Shown in pieces: positions 18,863 to 30,046 of a stretch of DNA of 32,000 nucleotides; within the stretch, counting starts at the first letter, position 1, and each line of letters starts with the position of its first letter. Origin of the DNA: Candidatus Atelocyanobacterium thalassa isolate ALOHA (GTDB taxonomy: Bacteria > Cyanobacteriota > Cyanobacteriia > Cyanobacteriales > Microcystaceae); NCBI RefSeq assembly GCF_000025125.1, contig NC_013771.1:30001-62000 (forward strand), read 5' to 3'. Position numbers and translations under genes: made by a program. The notes under the pieces are model-generated. The model was given only the letters and a program-made list of their open reading frames with translations. It was not told the origin of the DNA and ran no database searches.

Positions 18863-19699
18863 TTAAAATTCTAAATTAGGTAAACTATCTATTAAAACTA
18901 CTGACTGAAAAGAACATCCTAATTGATATTGAGTATAATCTCTTAAAAGATGTTCAATTTTTTGCCAAGGAACAATAAAGTCTTGACTAAGAACATTTGA
19001 TGGTAAGAGTTTTCCCGCATGCGGTAAATAAGATTGATTTAGGTTTTGTAATAAAACTAAATCTGTAGCCTGTAATTTGTAGTTAATTAATGGTACGGAG
19101 AAGACTGTCAATGCTTTATTTGTATAGGCTAGAGAATTTAAATTAATCAACCCTCCCATTTCATGGCTGAAACCTACTTGCCAATCAGGATTTTTAAAAT
19201 TTGGAGTTAATTTCTCTTGTGTGAGACAACATTGATAAATCTGTGGACCAATTCCTGTAACTATTAAAAAATGAAATATGGCTTGAGCCAAATATCCATA
19301 TAAATTTTCTGCAAGAGACATTTTTTCTAATCGTCGCAGATGTTCATTAAGGAGTTCATAAAGTTCTTCTTGAGGTTGCTCGTCAATAGATAATTTTAAT
19401 ATTAACTCACTTAGGTATTGTGCCGCTGCAAGTTTAACTAACTCTTTCCTCAAACCAGGATAAAATTGTAAGGTTTCTGCCTGAGCTATTTTGTCTAGAG
19501 AATGTCCTTTAATTATGAGGAACTGGTTAACCATAAACAATTCACTTCTTCCACTAAGCGGTGATTTATTTTTTCTAGAACTTGGCGCTATGGCACGAAT
19601 TAAGCCTTTTTCTGGCGAAAGAATTATTATTAAACGATCAGCTTCTCCCAAAGGCATACTTTTTAGAACAATTCCTGTTGTTTTATAAGCTTGACTCAT
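18863..19699 (-). CDS. recO: DNA repair protein RecO
   Basis: The OB-fold N-terminus MSQAYKTTGIVLKSMPLGEADRLIIILSPEKGLIRAIAPSSRK is typical of RecO. I prefer ATG 19699, because the ORF-track start at 19771 adds 24 atypical residues. Confidence 0.8.
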   Translation of the reverse strand: MSQAYKTTGIVLKSMPLGEADRLIIILSPEKGLIRAIAPSSRKNKSPLSGRSELFMVNQFLIIKGHSLDKIAQAETLQFYPGLRKELVKLAAAQYLSELILKLSIDEQPQEELYELLNEHLRRLEKMSLAENLYGYLAQAIFHFLIVTGIGPQIYQCCLTQEKLTPNFKNPDWQVGFSHEMGGLINLNSLAYTNKALTVFSVPLINYKLQATDLVLLQNLNQSYLPHAGKLLPSNVLSQDFIVPWQKIEHLLRDYTQYQLGCSFQSVVLIDSLPNLEF

Positions 19700-19787
19700 T
19701 GAGGTACAGTAATAAAAGTGTAGTCTAAAATTATAAAATTTAGATGTACGAAGTAAGTTCTGGACTATCAATATTTCTGGAATATTT

Positions 19788-19991
19788 TTATGTCAAGGGA
19801 ATCCCCAACATTCCTAATAAAGTGAAATAGAAAAAAGAAAAAACACTCAATATAATTCCAAATATTAGAATTTTAGTTAAATAATTTTTGGGTAACAGTT
19901 TAGTCCAACTAAAAAAAGATAAAAATATATTTAATAAAAAACCAATAAAAAAACGAGGATAACATGATATATTTCTTAAGAAATCTTTCAT
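19788..19991 (-). CDS. Small two-TM membrane protein, possibly Ycf33/DUF751-like
   Basis: From the internal Met the sequence is MKDFLRNISCYPRFFIGFLLNIFLSFF...ILIFGIILSVFSFFYFTLLG. The M-x-DF-x-N-x-x-x-YPRFF start and ~67-aa size recall the phototroph-specific DUF751/Ycf33 family, from memory only. The longer ORF-track version begins at 20027. Confidence 0.5.
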   Translation of the reverse strand: MKDFLRNISCYPRFFIGFLLNIFLSFFSWTKLLPKNYLTKILIFGIILSVFSFFYFTLLGMLGIPLT

Positions 19992-20390
19992 TATTCTAAT
20001 CTTTTCAAAAGTATTACTACTGGGCATATAATATCGCTAATTCTAACTCATAAATAAATTAAATAATAAAAATTCACAATAATACTTTGTTTCAAGATAT
20101 TTTAATTAGTTCCCTTTTAAATAAACGATTTTTTTGCTTGAAAACTATTAACTTAGCCTATGTATCACAATTTTATGTGAACTATTTAAAATTAAGATAC
20201 AACTTAAAATTTCAAAAATAAATATGAATTAAAAGTTAATTTATTTACTTAAATAGCACACCTTGAGATATCGTGAATGTTTTATATCTTATTTAAAATT
20301 TTTTTTATCTAAAGAATAAAAAATATTTTTAAATAAGTTTTGTGGAAAAACAGTTTTTCTTCTATAAAACTTGCTATTTAGTAACTAGTT

Positions 20391-21671
20391 ATGAGAAAAA
20401 AAATTAATCTTGCTATTGATACATTAATTGTTTTTAATCGTCGACAGAAACAAAAAATAATAATCTTTTTAGTTATTTTCTTAGGAAGTTTATGCACTCA
20501 ATTTATTTTTTCTTCACTTTTACCTGTATATTCTCATAACAAACCAGCAGAAATAAGAGGTGTTTGGTTGACTAATATAGATAGTGAAGTATTGTTCGAT
20601 TCAAAAGTGTTAACTGAAAGTATAAATACCCTCTCCGAGCTTAACTTTAATACTCTTTATCCTGCTGTTTGGAATTGGGGTTATACTTTATATCCTTCTG
20701 ATATTGCTCAGTCTAAAATCGGAGAGAGTTTAGATCCCGAAGAAAAACTTCAAGAAAGAGATGTACTTAGAGAAATAGTAGAACAAGGACATAAAAAAGG
20801 TCTTGCTGTTATACCTTGGTTCGAATTCGGATTTATGGCTCCTGCAGATTCTGCATTAGCCCAGCGCAATAAAAATTGGTTAACGCAGAGACAAGATAAA
20901 AGCACTATTTGGTTAGAAGGAAAAACTCATAAAAGAGTTTGGTTAAATCCTCTTCACCCGGAAGTTCAGGATTTTATCACTAGTCTATTAGCCGAAATTG
21001 TAACTAATTACAATATTGATGGAATACAACTTGATGATCATTTTGGTATTCCTTTCGATTTTGGATATGATGACTTTACTTTAAAATTGTATAAAAAAGA
21101 GCATAATGGAAAAGCTCCTCCTCGGACACCCAGTTATTTGAAAATGGGAAGTAATAACTGCATGTCAAATGATCCTGCCTGGATAGAATGGACACAATGG
21201 AGAAGGGAAAAAATTACTCAATATATAGAAAAAATTTTTATTACAATAAAAAAAATCAATCCTAATATTATTATTTCTGTTTCTCCTAATCCTCAACCTT
21301 TTTCAGCTAATTGCTTTTTACTAGACTGGCAAAGCTGGGAAGAGAAAGGATTGATAGAAGAACTTGTTTTACAGGTATATAGAGAAAATATTATTGATTT
21401 TAGAAGAGAGATAAACCGCCCTGAAGTAAGAAGAGCTAGATCTCACATTCCTTTTGGTATAGGTATATTGTCTGGCTTAAAGAATCGTCCAATTCCCACG
21501 AAACGTATTGTAGAGCAAGTACAAAATACTAGAAAAGCAAATTTATCTGGTGTTTCATTCTTCTTTTATGAAAGTTTATGGAATATGGGTCCAGAGTCAC
21601 CTGCAAAACGTCAATCCATTTTTAAACAAATCTTTCCCACGTTAATTGATCGTCCATCAACTAATAATTGA
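20391..21671 (+). CDS. Glycoside-hydrolase-like family 10 (GHL10/DUF187) protein with N-terminal membrane anchor or signal
   Basis: 426 aa with a hydrophobic N-terminal segment followed by EIRGVWLTN..., AVIPWFEFGF, WLNPLHPEVQDF and GIQLDDHFG. These are motifs I associate with the YngK/GHL10 TIM-barrel family. Confidence 0.65.
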   Translation: MRKKINLAIDTLIVFNRRQKQKIIIFLVIFLGSLCTQFIFSSLLPVYSHNKPAEIRGVWLTNIDSEVLFDSKVLTESINTLSELNFNTLYPAVWNWGYTLYPSDIAQSKIGESLDPEEKLQERDVLREIVEQGHKKGLAVIPWFEFGFMAPADSALAQRNKNWLTQRQDKSTIWLEGKTHKRVWLNPLHPEVQDFITSLLAEIVTNYNIDGIQLDDHFGIPFDFGYDDFTLKLYKKEHNGKAPPRTPSYLKMGSNNCMSNDPAWIEWTQWRREKITQYIEKIFITIKKINPNIIISVSPNPQPFSANCFLLDWQSWEEKGLIEELVLQVYRENIIDFRREINRPEVRRARSHIPFGIGILSGLKNRPIPTKRIVEQVQNTRKANLSGVSFFFYESLWNMGPESPAKRQSIFKQIFPTLIDRPSTNN

Positions 21672-21797
21672 GTACTACTTTCTAAAGTATGTAATTATTT
21701 CTTTTAAATTTTTAGTATTTGCTTCGGTTATTACTATATGTAAATTTTATGATAAGTCGTTAAGATTAAGCAAACTATGGTTTAAGGAGAAACACTT

Positions 21798-22640
21798 GTG
21801 AATCGTCAATCTGCCCCTGGTCTTGCATCAATAATAGGTGGTGTTGTTACTGCTTTTATTGTGTTAGTAAGTTTTAATTCTTTTATAGTTATTTATCCTG
21901 GACAAGCAGGAGTTTTAAATATACTTGGTAAGGCTCAAGAACAAGTTTTGTTAGAAGGAATTCATTTTAAACCACCTTTAATTTCTACGGTGGACACATA
22001 TGATGTAACTGTTCAAAAATTTGAGGTCCCTGCTCAAAGTGCTACTAAAGATTTACAAAATCTGAGTGCTAGCTTTGCAATTAATTTTAGTCTTGATCCG
22101 ATACAAGTTGTTAATATTAGAAGAACTCAAGGAACTTTACAAAATATTGTTTCTAAGATAGTTGCTCCACAGACTCAAGAATCTTTTAAAATAGCAGCAG
22201 CTAGACGTACTGTTGAAGAGGCAATCACCCAAAGATCTGAACTTAAAAAAGATTTTGACAACGCTCTTACTTCAAGATTAGAAAAGTATGGGATTATAGT
22301 TTTAGATACTAGCGTTATTGATCTTAACTTTTCTCCTGAATTCTCTAAGGCAGTTGAAGAAAAGCAAATTGCAGAGCAAAAAGCTCAAAGAGCTGTTTAT
22401 GTTGCACAAGAAGCAGAACAAGAAGCACAAGCCGATATCAATCGTGCAAAAGGTAGATCTGAAGCCCAGCGCCTACTAGCAGAAACTTTAAAAGCACAAG
22501 GTGGAGATTTAGTTCTTCAGAAAGAAGCTATTGAAGCTTGGAAATCTGGAGGTGCACAAATGCCAAAAGTTTTAGTAATGGGAAAAGGAAATAATAGCAA
22601 TGTCCCTTTTCTTTTTAATTTAGACACTATGGATAAATAA
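21798..22640 (+). CDS. SPFH/Band 7 (prohibitin-like) membrane protein
   Basis: GTG start with AAGGAG 8 nt upstream. It has an N-terminal TM helix, then an SPFH core (YPGQAGVLNILGK...IHFKPPLISTVDTYDV) and a coiled-coil EQKAQRA...EAEQEAQADINRAKG segment. Confidence 0.85.
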   Translation: MNRQSAPGLASIIGGVVTAFIVLVSFNSFIVIYPGQAGVLNILGKAQEQVLLEGIHFKPPLISTVDTYDVTVQKFEVPAQSATKDLQNLSASFAINFSLDPIQVVNIRRTQGTLQNIVSKIVAPQTQESFKIAAARRTVEEAITQRSELKKDFDNALTSRLEKYGIIVLDTSVIDLNFSPEFSKAVEEKQIAEQKAQRAVYVAQEAEQEAQADINRAKGRSEAQRLLAETLKAQGGDLVLQKEAIEAWKSGGAQMPKVLVMGKGNNSNVPFLFNLDTMDK

Positions 22641-22660
22641 AATTTGATACACAATATAAG

Positions 22661-22697
22661 TAAATAGAGTTAATTTAATTTAAATTAACTCTATTTA
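22661..22697 (+). terminator. Rho-independent-type terminator hairpin after the SPFH gene
   Basis: TAAATAGAGTTAATTTA (22661-22677), loop ATT, then TAAATTAACTCTATTTA (22681-22697). This is a perfect 17-bp stem followed by TTT. Confidence 0.6.
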
Positions 22698-22734
22698 TTT
22701 AGGTATGACTGTTCACTATGAATCATAAGAAAAT

Positions 22735-23403
22735 ATGACAAAATTTGCTATTAATGTTGATAATGTAAGTTTTGATTGGTGTGAAAATAATTCTATTTTG
22801 GAATCTTGTTCTTTGGCCGTGCCTGAAGGAGAATTCTGGATGTTGTTGGGAGCTAATGGTAGTGGTAAGTCTACATTGCTAAAACTTTTAACCAATTTAC
22901 TTGAGCCAAAAAGTGGATCTATAAAAATGGGTTCACCGGTAGGATTGGTGTTTCAAAATCCTGATCGTCAATTAATCATGCCCACAGTTGGTGCTGATAT
23001 AGCTTTTGGTTTAGTTGCAGAGAATCTATCCCTTTCAGAAACAAAATCTCGTATTAGTGAAGCATTAATGGCTGTTAATCTATTAGAATTAGAAAAAAAG
23101 CCTATTTATGCTCTTAGTGGAGGTCAAAAACAAAGAATTGCGATCGCTGGAGAAATCGCACGTCAATGTTCAGTCTTACTATTAGACGAGCCTACCGCAT
23201 TACTTGATTATGAAGCTCAGCTAGAATTAGTCAAAAGGGTAAAAAACTTAGTTAAAACCCGTAAAATAACAGCACTTTGGGTTACGCACAGACTAGAAGA
23301 ATTAGACTATTGCGATGGAGCATTTCTACTTGAAAAAGGTAAAGTGGTCCAGCAAGGCCATCCACAAATAATTAAAGAAAGAATTTCATACACAAAGCCA
23401 TAA
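22735..23403 (+). CDS. ABC transporter ATP-binding protein, ECF/CbiO-like
   Basis: 222 aa with Walker A GANGSGKST, Q-loop FQNPDRQ, signature LSGGQKQRIAIAGE, Walker B LLLDEPTALLD and H-loop VTHR. The short single-domain form is typical of energy-coupling-factor or cobalt-type ATPases. Confidence 0.85.
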   Translation: MTKFAINVDNVSFDWCENNSILESCSLAVPEGEFWMLLGANGSGKSTLLKLLTNLLEPKSGSIKMGSPVGLVFQNPDRQLIMPTVGADIAFGLVAENLSLSETKSRISEALMAVNLLELEKKPIYALSGGQKQRIAIAGEIARQCSVLLLDEPTALLDYEAQLELVKRVKNLVKTRKITALWVTHRLEELDYCDGAFLLEKGKVVQQGHPQIIKERISYTKP

Positions 23404-23498
23404 CTCTCTAAATATATTTCGTAGTTATTTAACTAAGTAATATTTAAAAATGTATATGATTATCTTAAAAAATTTCATGCAAAGTAAACGAGGACCCA

Positions 23499-24770
23499 AT
23501 GATTTTAGATAATGCTAATTTAGATTCTTTAAATGAAAAGGATCCTATTGTTATGTCAATAATTCGAGGAGAGCTTCAGAGACAACGTGAACATTTAGAG
23601 TTGATCGCTAGTGAAAACTTCACTTCTCTTGCTGTTCTGGAGGCACAAGGATCTATATTAACTAATAAATATGCAGAAGGGTTACCTTACAAAAGATACT
23701 ATGGTGGATGCGAATGGGTTGATAAGGTAGAACAAATTGCAATTGATCGTGCAAAAAAAATATTTGGGGCTTCTCATGTAAATGTACAACCTCATTCTGG
23801 AGCCCAAGCTAATTTTGCTGTTTTTTTAAGTCTTCTTAATCCTGGTGACAAAATTATGGGTATGGATTTATGTCATGGAGGACATCTTACTCATGGCTCT
23901 CCTGTAAATTTCTCTGGAAAATGGTTTCAAACTTGTCACTATGGAGTTGAAATGCACAATGAACAATTAAACTATGATGCAATCTTAAAACTGGCACAAA
24001 GTGAAAAACCTAAATTATTAATTTGTGGCTATTCTGCCTATCCTAGAACTATTGATTTTGAGAAGTTTCGCATAATTGCTGATAAAGTTGGAGCCTATTT
24101 AATGGCTGACATTTCTCATATTGCAGGTTTAGTAGCTAGTGGACATCATTCTAACCCTTTGCCTTATTGTGATGTAGTCACAACTACTACTCATAAAACC
24201 TTGAGAGGGCCTAGAGGTGGATTAATAATGACTAATAATATAGATCTGGGGAAAAAATTTGATAAAGCAGTATTCCCCGGCACACAAGGAGGTCCCTTAG
24301 AACATGTTATTGCTGCTAAAGCTGTTGCCTTCAAAGAAGCTTTAGACTCAGATTTTAAGATATATTCAGGAAAGGTTATCAATAATGCAAAAAGTTTAGC
24401 AGAGCAACTAAAAAAAAGAGATTTTAGGCTTGTTTCTGATGGTACTGATAATCACCTCATTCTAATAGACACCCGATCTATTAGAATGAGTGGTAAAGAA
24501 GCTGATAATTTAATTAGCACAATTAATATTACAGCAAATAAAAATACAATTCCCTTTGATCCAGAATCGCCTTTTGTTACTAGTGGAATTCGCTTAGGTT
24601 CTCCTGCAATGACTACTAGAGGATTAGGGACAGAAGAATTCATTGAAATAGGTAATATTATTGCGGATAGATTACTTAATCCAGAAGATGAAGCAGTTAA
24701 GCAAAATTGTTTCCATCGAGTTAAAACTTTATGTAATAAATTTCCTTTATACCCTGATCTAAATGTGTAG
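23499..24770 (+). CDS. glyA: Serine hydroxymethyltransferase
   Basis: 423 aa with [26 protein letters not shown] and the PLP-lysine motif [16 protein letters not shown]. Confidence 0.95.
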   Translation: MILDNANLDSLNEKDPIVMSIIRGELQRQREHLELIASENFTSLAVLEAQGSILTNKYAEGLPYKRYYGGCEWVDKVEQIAIDRAKKIFGASHVNVQPHSGAQANFAVFLSLLNPGDKIMGMDLCHGGHLTHGSPVNFSGKWFQTCHYGVEMHNEQLNYDAILKLAQSEKPKLLICGYSAYPRTIDFEKFRIIADKVGAYLMADISHIAGLVASGHHSNPLPYCDVVTTTTHKTLRGPRGGLIMTNNIDLGKKFDKAVFPGTQGGPLEHVIAAKAVAFKEALDSDFKIYSGKVINNAKSLAEQLKKRDFRLVSDGTDNHLILIDTRSIRMSGKEADNLISTINITANKNTIPFDPESPFVTSGIRLGSPAMTTRGLGTEEFIEIGNIIADRLLNPEDEAVKQNCFHRVKTLCNKFPLYPDLNV

Positions 24771-24858
24771 TTTTTACTAAGCCTTACTTTCATCAAACAA
24801 TATCTACTAATACTATTAATATAATCATTTACTTAAAAATTAAATAATTATATCCAGC

Positions 24859-26234
24859 TTATGTGGTAGCCGAAATTTTAGAAGATGTTTGCTTTACAAA
24901 AGTGTTAAGTAGATCCCTTTGTTGTGTTTTGGTGAATATCTTATTAATGATTTGCGAAAATTTTGTGACATCTATCTCTGAAGAGTTTATATCTGAATCA
25001 CTTTGTTCTTGAAAGTATTCTATCAAACTCAGTCCAACTATATGAGTCAAGTAGGCTACACTAACGCCTTGACTCAAACTGCCTAAAATATAGGTAATCA
25101 TATTGCTTTTTAACAAATTAGAGATTGTATGAATCGATAACTCAGCAATACCTAGCTGTACGATTATTTTTCCAATAGCAATAGCAGCTATTTTCCCCTG
25201 AGAAAAGGTAAATCCTTGTTTATAAATATTACTTAAATCAATAATCATTTGGGTATTTATAGCTGCAGTTGCTAAAAAATCTACAGAAGAGATAGGATTT
25301 ATAGAAATTACTGTAGCAGCTATAAGCTCATACTTTTTAATTATTGGCATCGCTTTATTATATTTAACGACATTAGATATAGTTTTTGTTTGTTGTTTAA
25401 TTTCTATTGCTTTACGCCAATTTCTAGCTAGAAGTAACTGTTGTTTATTATCAGTTTCAAAAATTTTAAGCCTACTTACTAAAGATATAATATTTGGTGG
25501 TTGTTTCTCTATCCACTTCTCACTTGAACCATCAGAGTTATATTGAAGATTTTTTATTTTGATTGAAGTGGAGTTAATACTAGTTACATTATTTGGATCA
25601 ATAATAGGTTTAACTTGCTGCCGTATTTTTTCTATAATGACTTTTTTATCTTCTTTTTCATACTGATCTTGTTTATTGAAAGCTATTAAACAAGGATAGT
25701 ATCTCTGATGCAATAATTGAATTTTTTCCCATTCTGAATATGTTAAATCTTCACTAACTAAGACAATTATGATATCTACATCAAAATCGATATTAGTGAA
25801 TATATCCTTCTCTAATACATTGAGGTATTTCTCTTGATTTAATAAATTTTTTAAACTAGTTTTTCCTGTATTTTTTTTCCAACTATTCCAACAGAAAAAG
25901 ACGATGAAAATTTTTTTTGTTCTAGATTTTGAAGCTGCATTTTTAAATCAGATATATTCTGATCAGGATCTTCTTCCATAATACAACTTATAGTTTCTTT
26001 GGTATCAGCAATAACTCGATTTAAGTCTTTTAGAGTTAGTGGAGATGTAACAAAATACTTTTTTGATTTCTGCTTCTTAAATCTCTTTCCGAGAGAACCG
26101 ATCCCCGTAAGAAGAATAACAGGTAGAACCCATATGCTTAAAGTGATAATATTATGATATAGACTTTCCTCGATTCCCAACAATAAAATTCCTAATCCGA
26201 GAAAAAATATTAATTTTTTATCTTTGAAAGTCAT
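24859..26234 (-). pseudogene. Membrane-anchored GTPase-DUF697 protein gene, reading frame broken inside an A8 run (ORFs 25851-26234 and 24859-25713 are two parts of one gene)
   Basis: The upstream ORF ends ...FSVGIVGKKIQEKLV*. The -1 frame, which continues without a stop into the downstream ORF, reads KKNTGKTSLKNLLNQEKYLNVLEKDIFTNIDFDVDIIIVLVSEDLTYSEWEKIQLLHQRYYPCLIAFNKQDQ. Joining the frames within the run (T8 on the + strand, 25871-25878) gives GIVGKKNTGKTSL, a canonical Walker A GxxxxGKT. NKQD (G4) and a C-terminal DUF697-like region (ATAAINTQMIIDLSNIY...) follow. Confidence 0.75.
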
Positions 26235-26457
26235 TTTTTATCTTTGAAGAATTAAGTTATTTCACATTCACTATACTATCTTTTAACTTAATTTTCAAAA
26301 AGTAAAATTTTTAAATGATAACTAACAAAAAATAAAGCTATATAAATATTTTATTACTTGTTCTTTCATGTCAAATAATAATATTATGGCTCTTTTAAAG
26401 GATCTGTACAGATACTATTTACACTTATTTAAGAATTAAAGGTTTTATTCGTAGATT

Positions 26458-29400
26458 ATGGTTTTTTCTTCTCTTATTCACACTTTACAAAGTTCTTCTC
26501 TCATTAAAAACTTATCGCAACAACTTAAAGTAAAAAATGAGTTAAGGCTACAAGGAATTAACCGCTTATCAAAAGGATTGATTTCATCAGTTATTTCACA
26601 AACTAATTATCAAAATTTACTAGTTATATGCGCCACTTCAGAAGAAGCAGGAAGATGGACAAAACAACTAGAAATTATGGGTTGGAAAGATATTAACTTC
26701 TATTTTGTTCCAGATACTTCTCCATATGAAGAGTTAAATATCGAAAATGAAATAATTTGGACACAGATGCAAGTCCTTTCTAATCTTTTCAGAGCAAAAC
26801 AATCAAAAGATACAAATTTTGCAATTGTTACTACTGAAAGATCTCTACAACCACATTTACCTTCTCCATCAATTTTTTATGATTATTGTTTAAATTTTAA
26901 AGTAGGAGTAACAGTTTATTCTAAAGATTTTGCTCAAACATTAAGTGAACTAGGGTATAAAAAAGTTAATTTAGTTGAAAAAGAAGGAGAATGGAGTAGG
27001 AGAGGAGATATTCTAGATATTTTTCCAGTCTCATCCGAAATTCCTATACGATTAGAGTGGCTTGGAGACGAATTAGAAAAAATTCGAGAGTTTGACATAT
27101 CGACCCAACGTTCTTTAAATGAAATAGAAGAAGCTCTACTAACTCCTATCAACTTCAATATTATTGCAAAAGATATCATTCAAAAAAACCCTTTCAGTTC
27201 AGAGCAATATGTTGTGGAGGAAAAACCAAAAACTTTAAAAAATTCTTCTCCTAAAGATCAACTACCTTTATCCAAATCTTCCTCTTTGTTTGATTATTTA
27301 CCTTCTGATACTCTTTGCGCTTTTGATGAAATTGATCAATGTAAATCCCATAATCATAAATGGCTAGAATATGTTGAGAAAAGCTGGCATGAAACACAAA
27401 ATAAGGAACCAAAAGTTCATCGTTCCTTTGAAGAATCTTTTTCTTCAATCGAAGAAATGCCTAAACTATATTTGTCTGAACTTTCGGACGTTAATGAAAC
27501 AGATTCTATAGATATATTATCTCGTTCTATCCCTGTCAATCCTCATCAATTTTCTAAATTGGCTGAAATCTTGAGAGGAAAAAGAGAAATTTTTAATGAG
27601 ATCAATATAAGTAAGTATTCAATATGGTTAATTTCAGCTCAACCTTCACGTACTGTTACCTTATTACAAGAACATGATTATTCTGCTCAATTTATTCCTA
27701 ATATTAGAGACTATCCTGCAATCAAAAAATCTCATGCTCAAGGTATGGCAGTTGCTTTAAAACATTCTGGATTGGTAGGTTTAGAAGGTTTTATTTTACC
27801 TATATTTCGTATCGCAGTGATCACTGACAAAGAATTTTTTGGGCAAAGTACCTTAGGATCCTCAGAATTTTTTAAAAAACGTCGTCGTTCAAATGCTAAA
27901 AAAGTCAACTTACAAAAACTTAACTCCGGCGATCATGTAGTTCATAAGAGCCATGGTATTGGTAAATTTTTAAGGCTAGAAAACTTGTCAAATCGTGAAT
28001 ACTTAGTTGTTCAATACTCTGATGGAGTATTAAGAGTTCCTGCTGATTCTCTTGATAATTTATTGCGTTATTCCTGTACAGATTCTACACCTCCTAAATT
28101 ACATAAAATGACGGGAAAAGATTGGGGTAAATTAAAACAAAAAATACGTAAAAATATTAAAAAATTAGCATTTAATTTACTTCATTTATATGCAGAAAGA
28201 GCACAAAAGAAAGGATATTCTTATCCAGCAGATTCTCTTTGGCAACAAGAGCTTGAAGACTCTTTTCCCTATCAAGCAACACCAGATCAAGTACAAGCTA
28301 TTAGAGAAGTTAAGATAGATTTGGAAAGCAACAGACCAATGGACCGTCTTATTTGCGGAGATGTTGGTTTTGGTAAGACAGAAGTAGCTATTAGAGCGAT
28401 TTTTAAAGTTGTTACTAGCGGTCATAAACAAGTAGTGTTTTTAGCACCTACTACAATTTTGACTCAACAACACTACAATACTCTTCGAACAAGATTTGCT
28501 CCTTATCCTATTAGTATTGGTTTATTAAACAGATTTCGTACAACTTCAGAAAAAAAAGATATTATTGAACGTTTGACTACTGGAGAATTGGATATCGTAG
28601 TTGGAACACAACAACTTTTAGGAAAAAATATAAAATTTAAAGATTTAGGATTATTAGTAATTGATGAAGAACAACGTTTTGGAGTTAATCATAAAGAAAA
28701 AATTAGGACAATAAAAGCAAATGTAGATGTTTTAACTTTGACTGCAACTCCTATCCCTAGAACTCTTCATATGTCTTTATCAGGAATAAGAGAAATGAGT
28801 CTAATTTCTACACCTCCACCATCTCGTCGTTCTATTAAGACTCATTTATCTAGTTACGATCCAAATTTAGTAAAAGCAGCTGTTCGAGCAGAACTTGATC
28901 GTGGTGGTCAAGTATTTTATGTTGTTCCTAGAATAGAACATATTGATGAATTAGTTCTACAACTAAAGAGAATGATTCCAGATGCTAAAATTTTGGTCGC
29001 GCATGGACAAATGGATGTTAATAATTTAGAGCTAACTATGCTAAGTTTTAACAATGGAGATGCTGACATTTTAGTCTGTACAACAATTATTGAATCTGGA
29101 TTAGATATCCCTAAAGTTAATACAATTATTATTGAAGATGCACAGAAGTTTGGTTTGTCACAACTGTATCAACTAAGAGGAAGAGTTGGTAGATCTGGTA
29201 TCCAGGCCCATGCCTGGTTATTTTATCCAAGTAGGTCCGAATTAACTGATAATGCACTCAAAAGACTAAATGCATTACAAGAATTCAGTGAGCTTGGTTC
29301 AGGTTATCATTTGGCAACTCGTGATCTGGAAATTAGAGGTGCAGGTAATTTACTTGGAGCAGAGCAATCTGGACAAATGGAAGCTATAGGTTTTGAACTA

Positions 29401-29913
29401 TATATGGACATGTTACAAGAAGCTATCAAAGAAGTTCAAGGAGAAAAAATACCTGAAGTAGAAGATACCCAAATAGATTTAAAATTAACTGCTTTCATTC
29501 CAAATGATTATATTGCTGATATTGAACAAAAAATAATTGCTTATCGCACAGTTGCAGTTGCCAGTTCTAAAAAAGAATTAGATCTTATTGTTGCGGAATG
29601 GAGTGAACGTTATGGGTCGATACCAGACCCTGTAAAACAATTATTAAAAACAATTGAATTAAAGCAGTTATCTAAATCGTTAGGTTTTTCTCATATTAAG
29701 ATAGAAGGAAAAAACTCTGTGGTCTTAAAAACTCCAATGGAAGAACCTGCTTGGATCATTTTACAAAATAAATTACCAGAACATTTACAAACGCGTTTTG
29801 TTTATAACTCTAAAAAAATTATAATTAGAGGGCTAGGAAGTTTAAGCCCGCAGAAACAACTTGAGAGTTTATTGGTATGGTTTAAAATCATGCAAGAAAA
29901 TGAGAAAGTATAA
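26458..29913 (+). CDS. mfd: Transcription-repair coupling factor
   Basis: 1151 aa with the CarD-like RNAP-interaction domain ([18 protein letters not shown]), helicase motif [12 protein letters not shown], motif [11 protein letters not shown], motif [11 protein letters not shown] and a TRG/C-terminal domain. Confidence 0.95.
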   Translation: MVFSSLIHTLQSSSLIKNLSQQLKVKNELRLQGINRLSKGLISSVISQTNYQNLLVICATSEEAGRWTKQLEIMGWKDINFYFVPDTSPYEELNIENEIIWTQMQVLSNLFRAKQSKDTNFAIVTTERSLQPHLPSPSIFYDYCLNFKVGVTVYSKDFAQTLSELGYKKVNLVEKEGEWSRRGDILDIFPVSSEIPIRLEWLGDELEKIREFDISTQRSLNEIEEALLTPINFNIIAKDIIQKNPFSSEQYVVEEKPKTLKNSSPKDQLPLSKSSSLFDYLPSDTLCAFDEIDQCKSHNHKWLEYVEKSWHETQNKEPKVHRSFEESFSSIEEMPKLYLSELSDVNETDSIDILSRSIPVNPHQFSKLAEILRGKREIFNEINISKYSIWLISAQPSRTVTLLQEHDYSAQFIPNIRDYPAIKKSHAQGMAVALKHSGLVGLEGFILPIFRIAVITDKEFFGQSTLGSSEFFKKRRRSNAKKVNLQKLNSGDHVVHKSHGIGKFLRLENLSNREYLVVQYSDGVLRVPADSLDNLLRYSCTDSTPPKLHKMTGKDWGKLKQKIRKNIKKLAFNLLHLYAERAQKKGYSYPADSLWQQELEDSFPYQATPDQVQAIREVKIDLESNRPMDRLICGDVGFGKTEVAIRAIFKVVTSGHKQVVFLAPTTILTQQHYNTLRTRFAPYPISIGLLNRFRTTSEKKDIIERLTTGELDIVVGTQQLLGKNIKFKDLGLLVIDEEQRFGVNHKEKIRTIKANVDVLTLTATPIPRTLHMSLSGIREMSLISTPPPSRRSIKTHLSSYDPNLVKAAVRAELDRGGQVFYVVPRIEHIDELVLQLKRMIPDAKILVAHGQMDVNNLELTMLSFNNGDADILVCTTIIESGLDIPKVNTIIIEDAQKFGLSQLYQLRGRVGRSGIQAHAWLFYPSRSELTDNALKRLNALQEFSELGSGYHLATRDLEIRGAGNLLGAEQSGQMEAIGFELYMDMLQEAIKEVQGEKIPEVEDTQIDLKLTAFIPNDYIADIEQKIIAYRTVAVASSKKELDLIVAEWSERYGSIPDPVKQLLKTIELKQLSKSLGFSHIKIEGKNSVVLKTPMEEPAWIILQNKLPEHLQTRFVYNSKKIIIRGLGSLSPQKQLESLLVWFKIMQENEKV

Positions 29914-29977
29914 TGCCATATTATTTTTTAGTTTATGTAGTATAAAGCTCTAAATATTTATACTTTAAACTATTAGC

Positions 29978-30027
29978 GTAAAGCAAAAATTTCTTGAAAA
30001 ATATTTTTCAAGGAATTTTTGCTTTAC
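29978..30027. terminator. Inverted repeat between convergent mfd and ndhJ; probable bidirectional terminator
   Basis: GTAAAGCAAAAATTTCTTGAAAAAT / ATTTTTCAAGGAATTTTTGCTTTAC gives 25 paired positions around a centre at 30002/30003. There is one T-G mismatch (29992 with 30013). Confidence 0.55.
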
Positions 30028-30046
30028 ATATGATTGATTACCTAAT

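Noticed and set aside
19700-19771. 24-codon N-terminal extension of RecO (MIVQNLLRTSKFYNFRLHFYYCTS).
   Set aside because: RecO homologues start close to the OB-fold sequence M-x-x-x-Y-K-T-x-G-I-V-L. The extension is AT-driven low-complexity sequence.
23140-23147. HIP1 octamer GCGATCGC inside the ECF-type ATPase gene.
   Set aside because: A single copy within coding sequence is not a repeat feature in itself. I use it only as supporting lineage evidence in the genome-signature finding.
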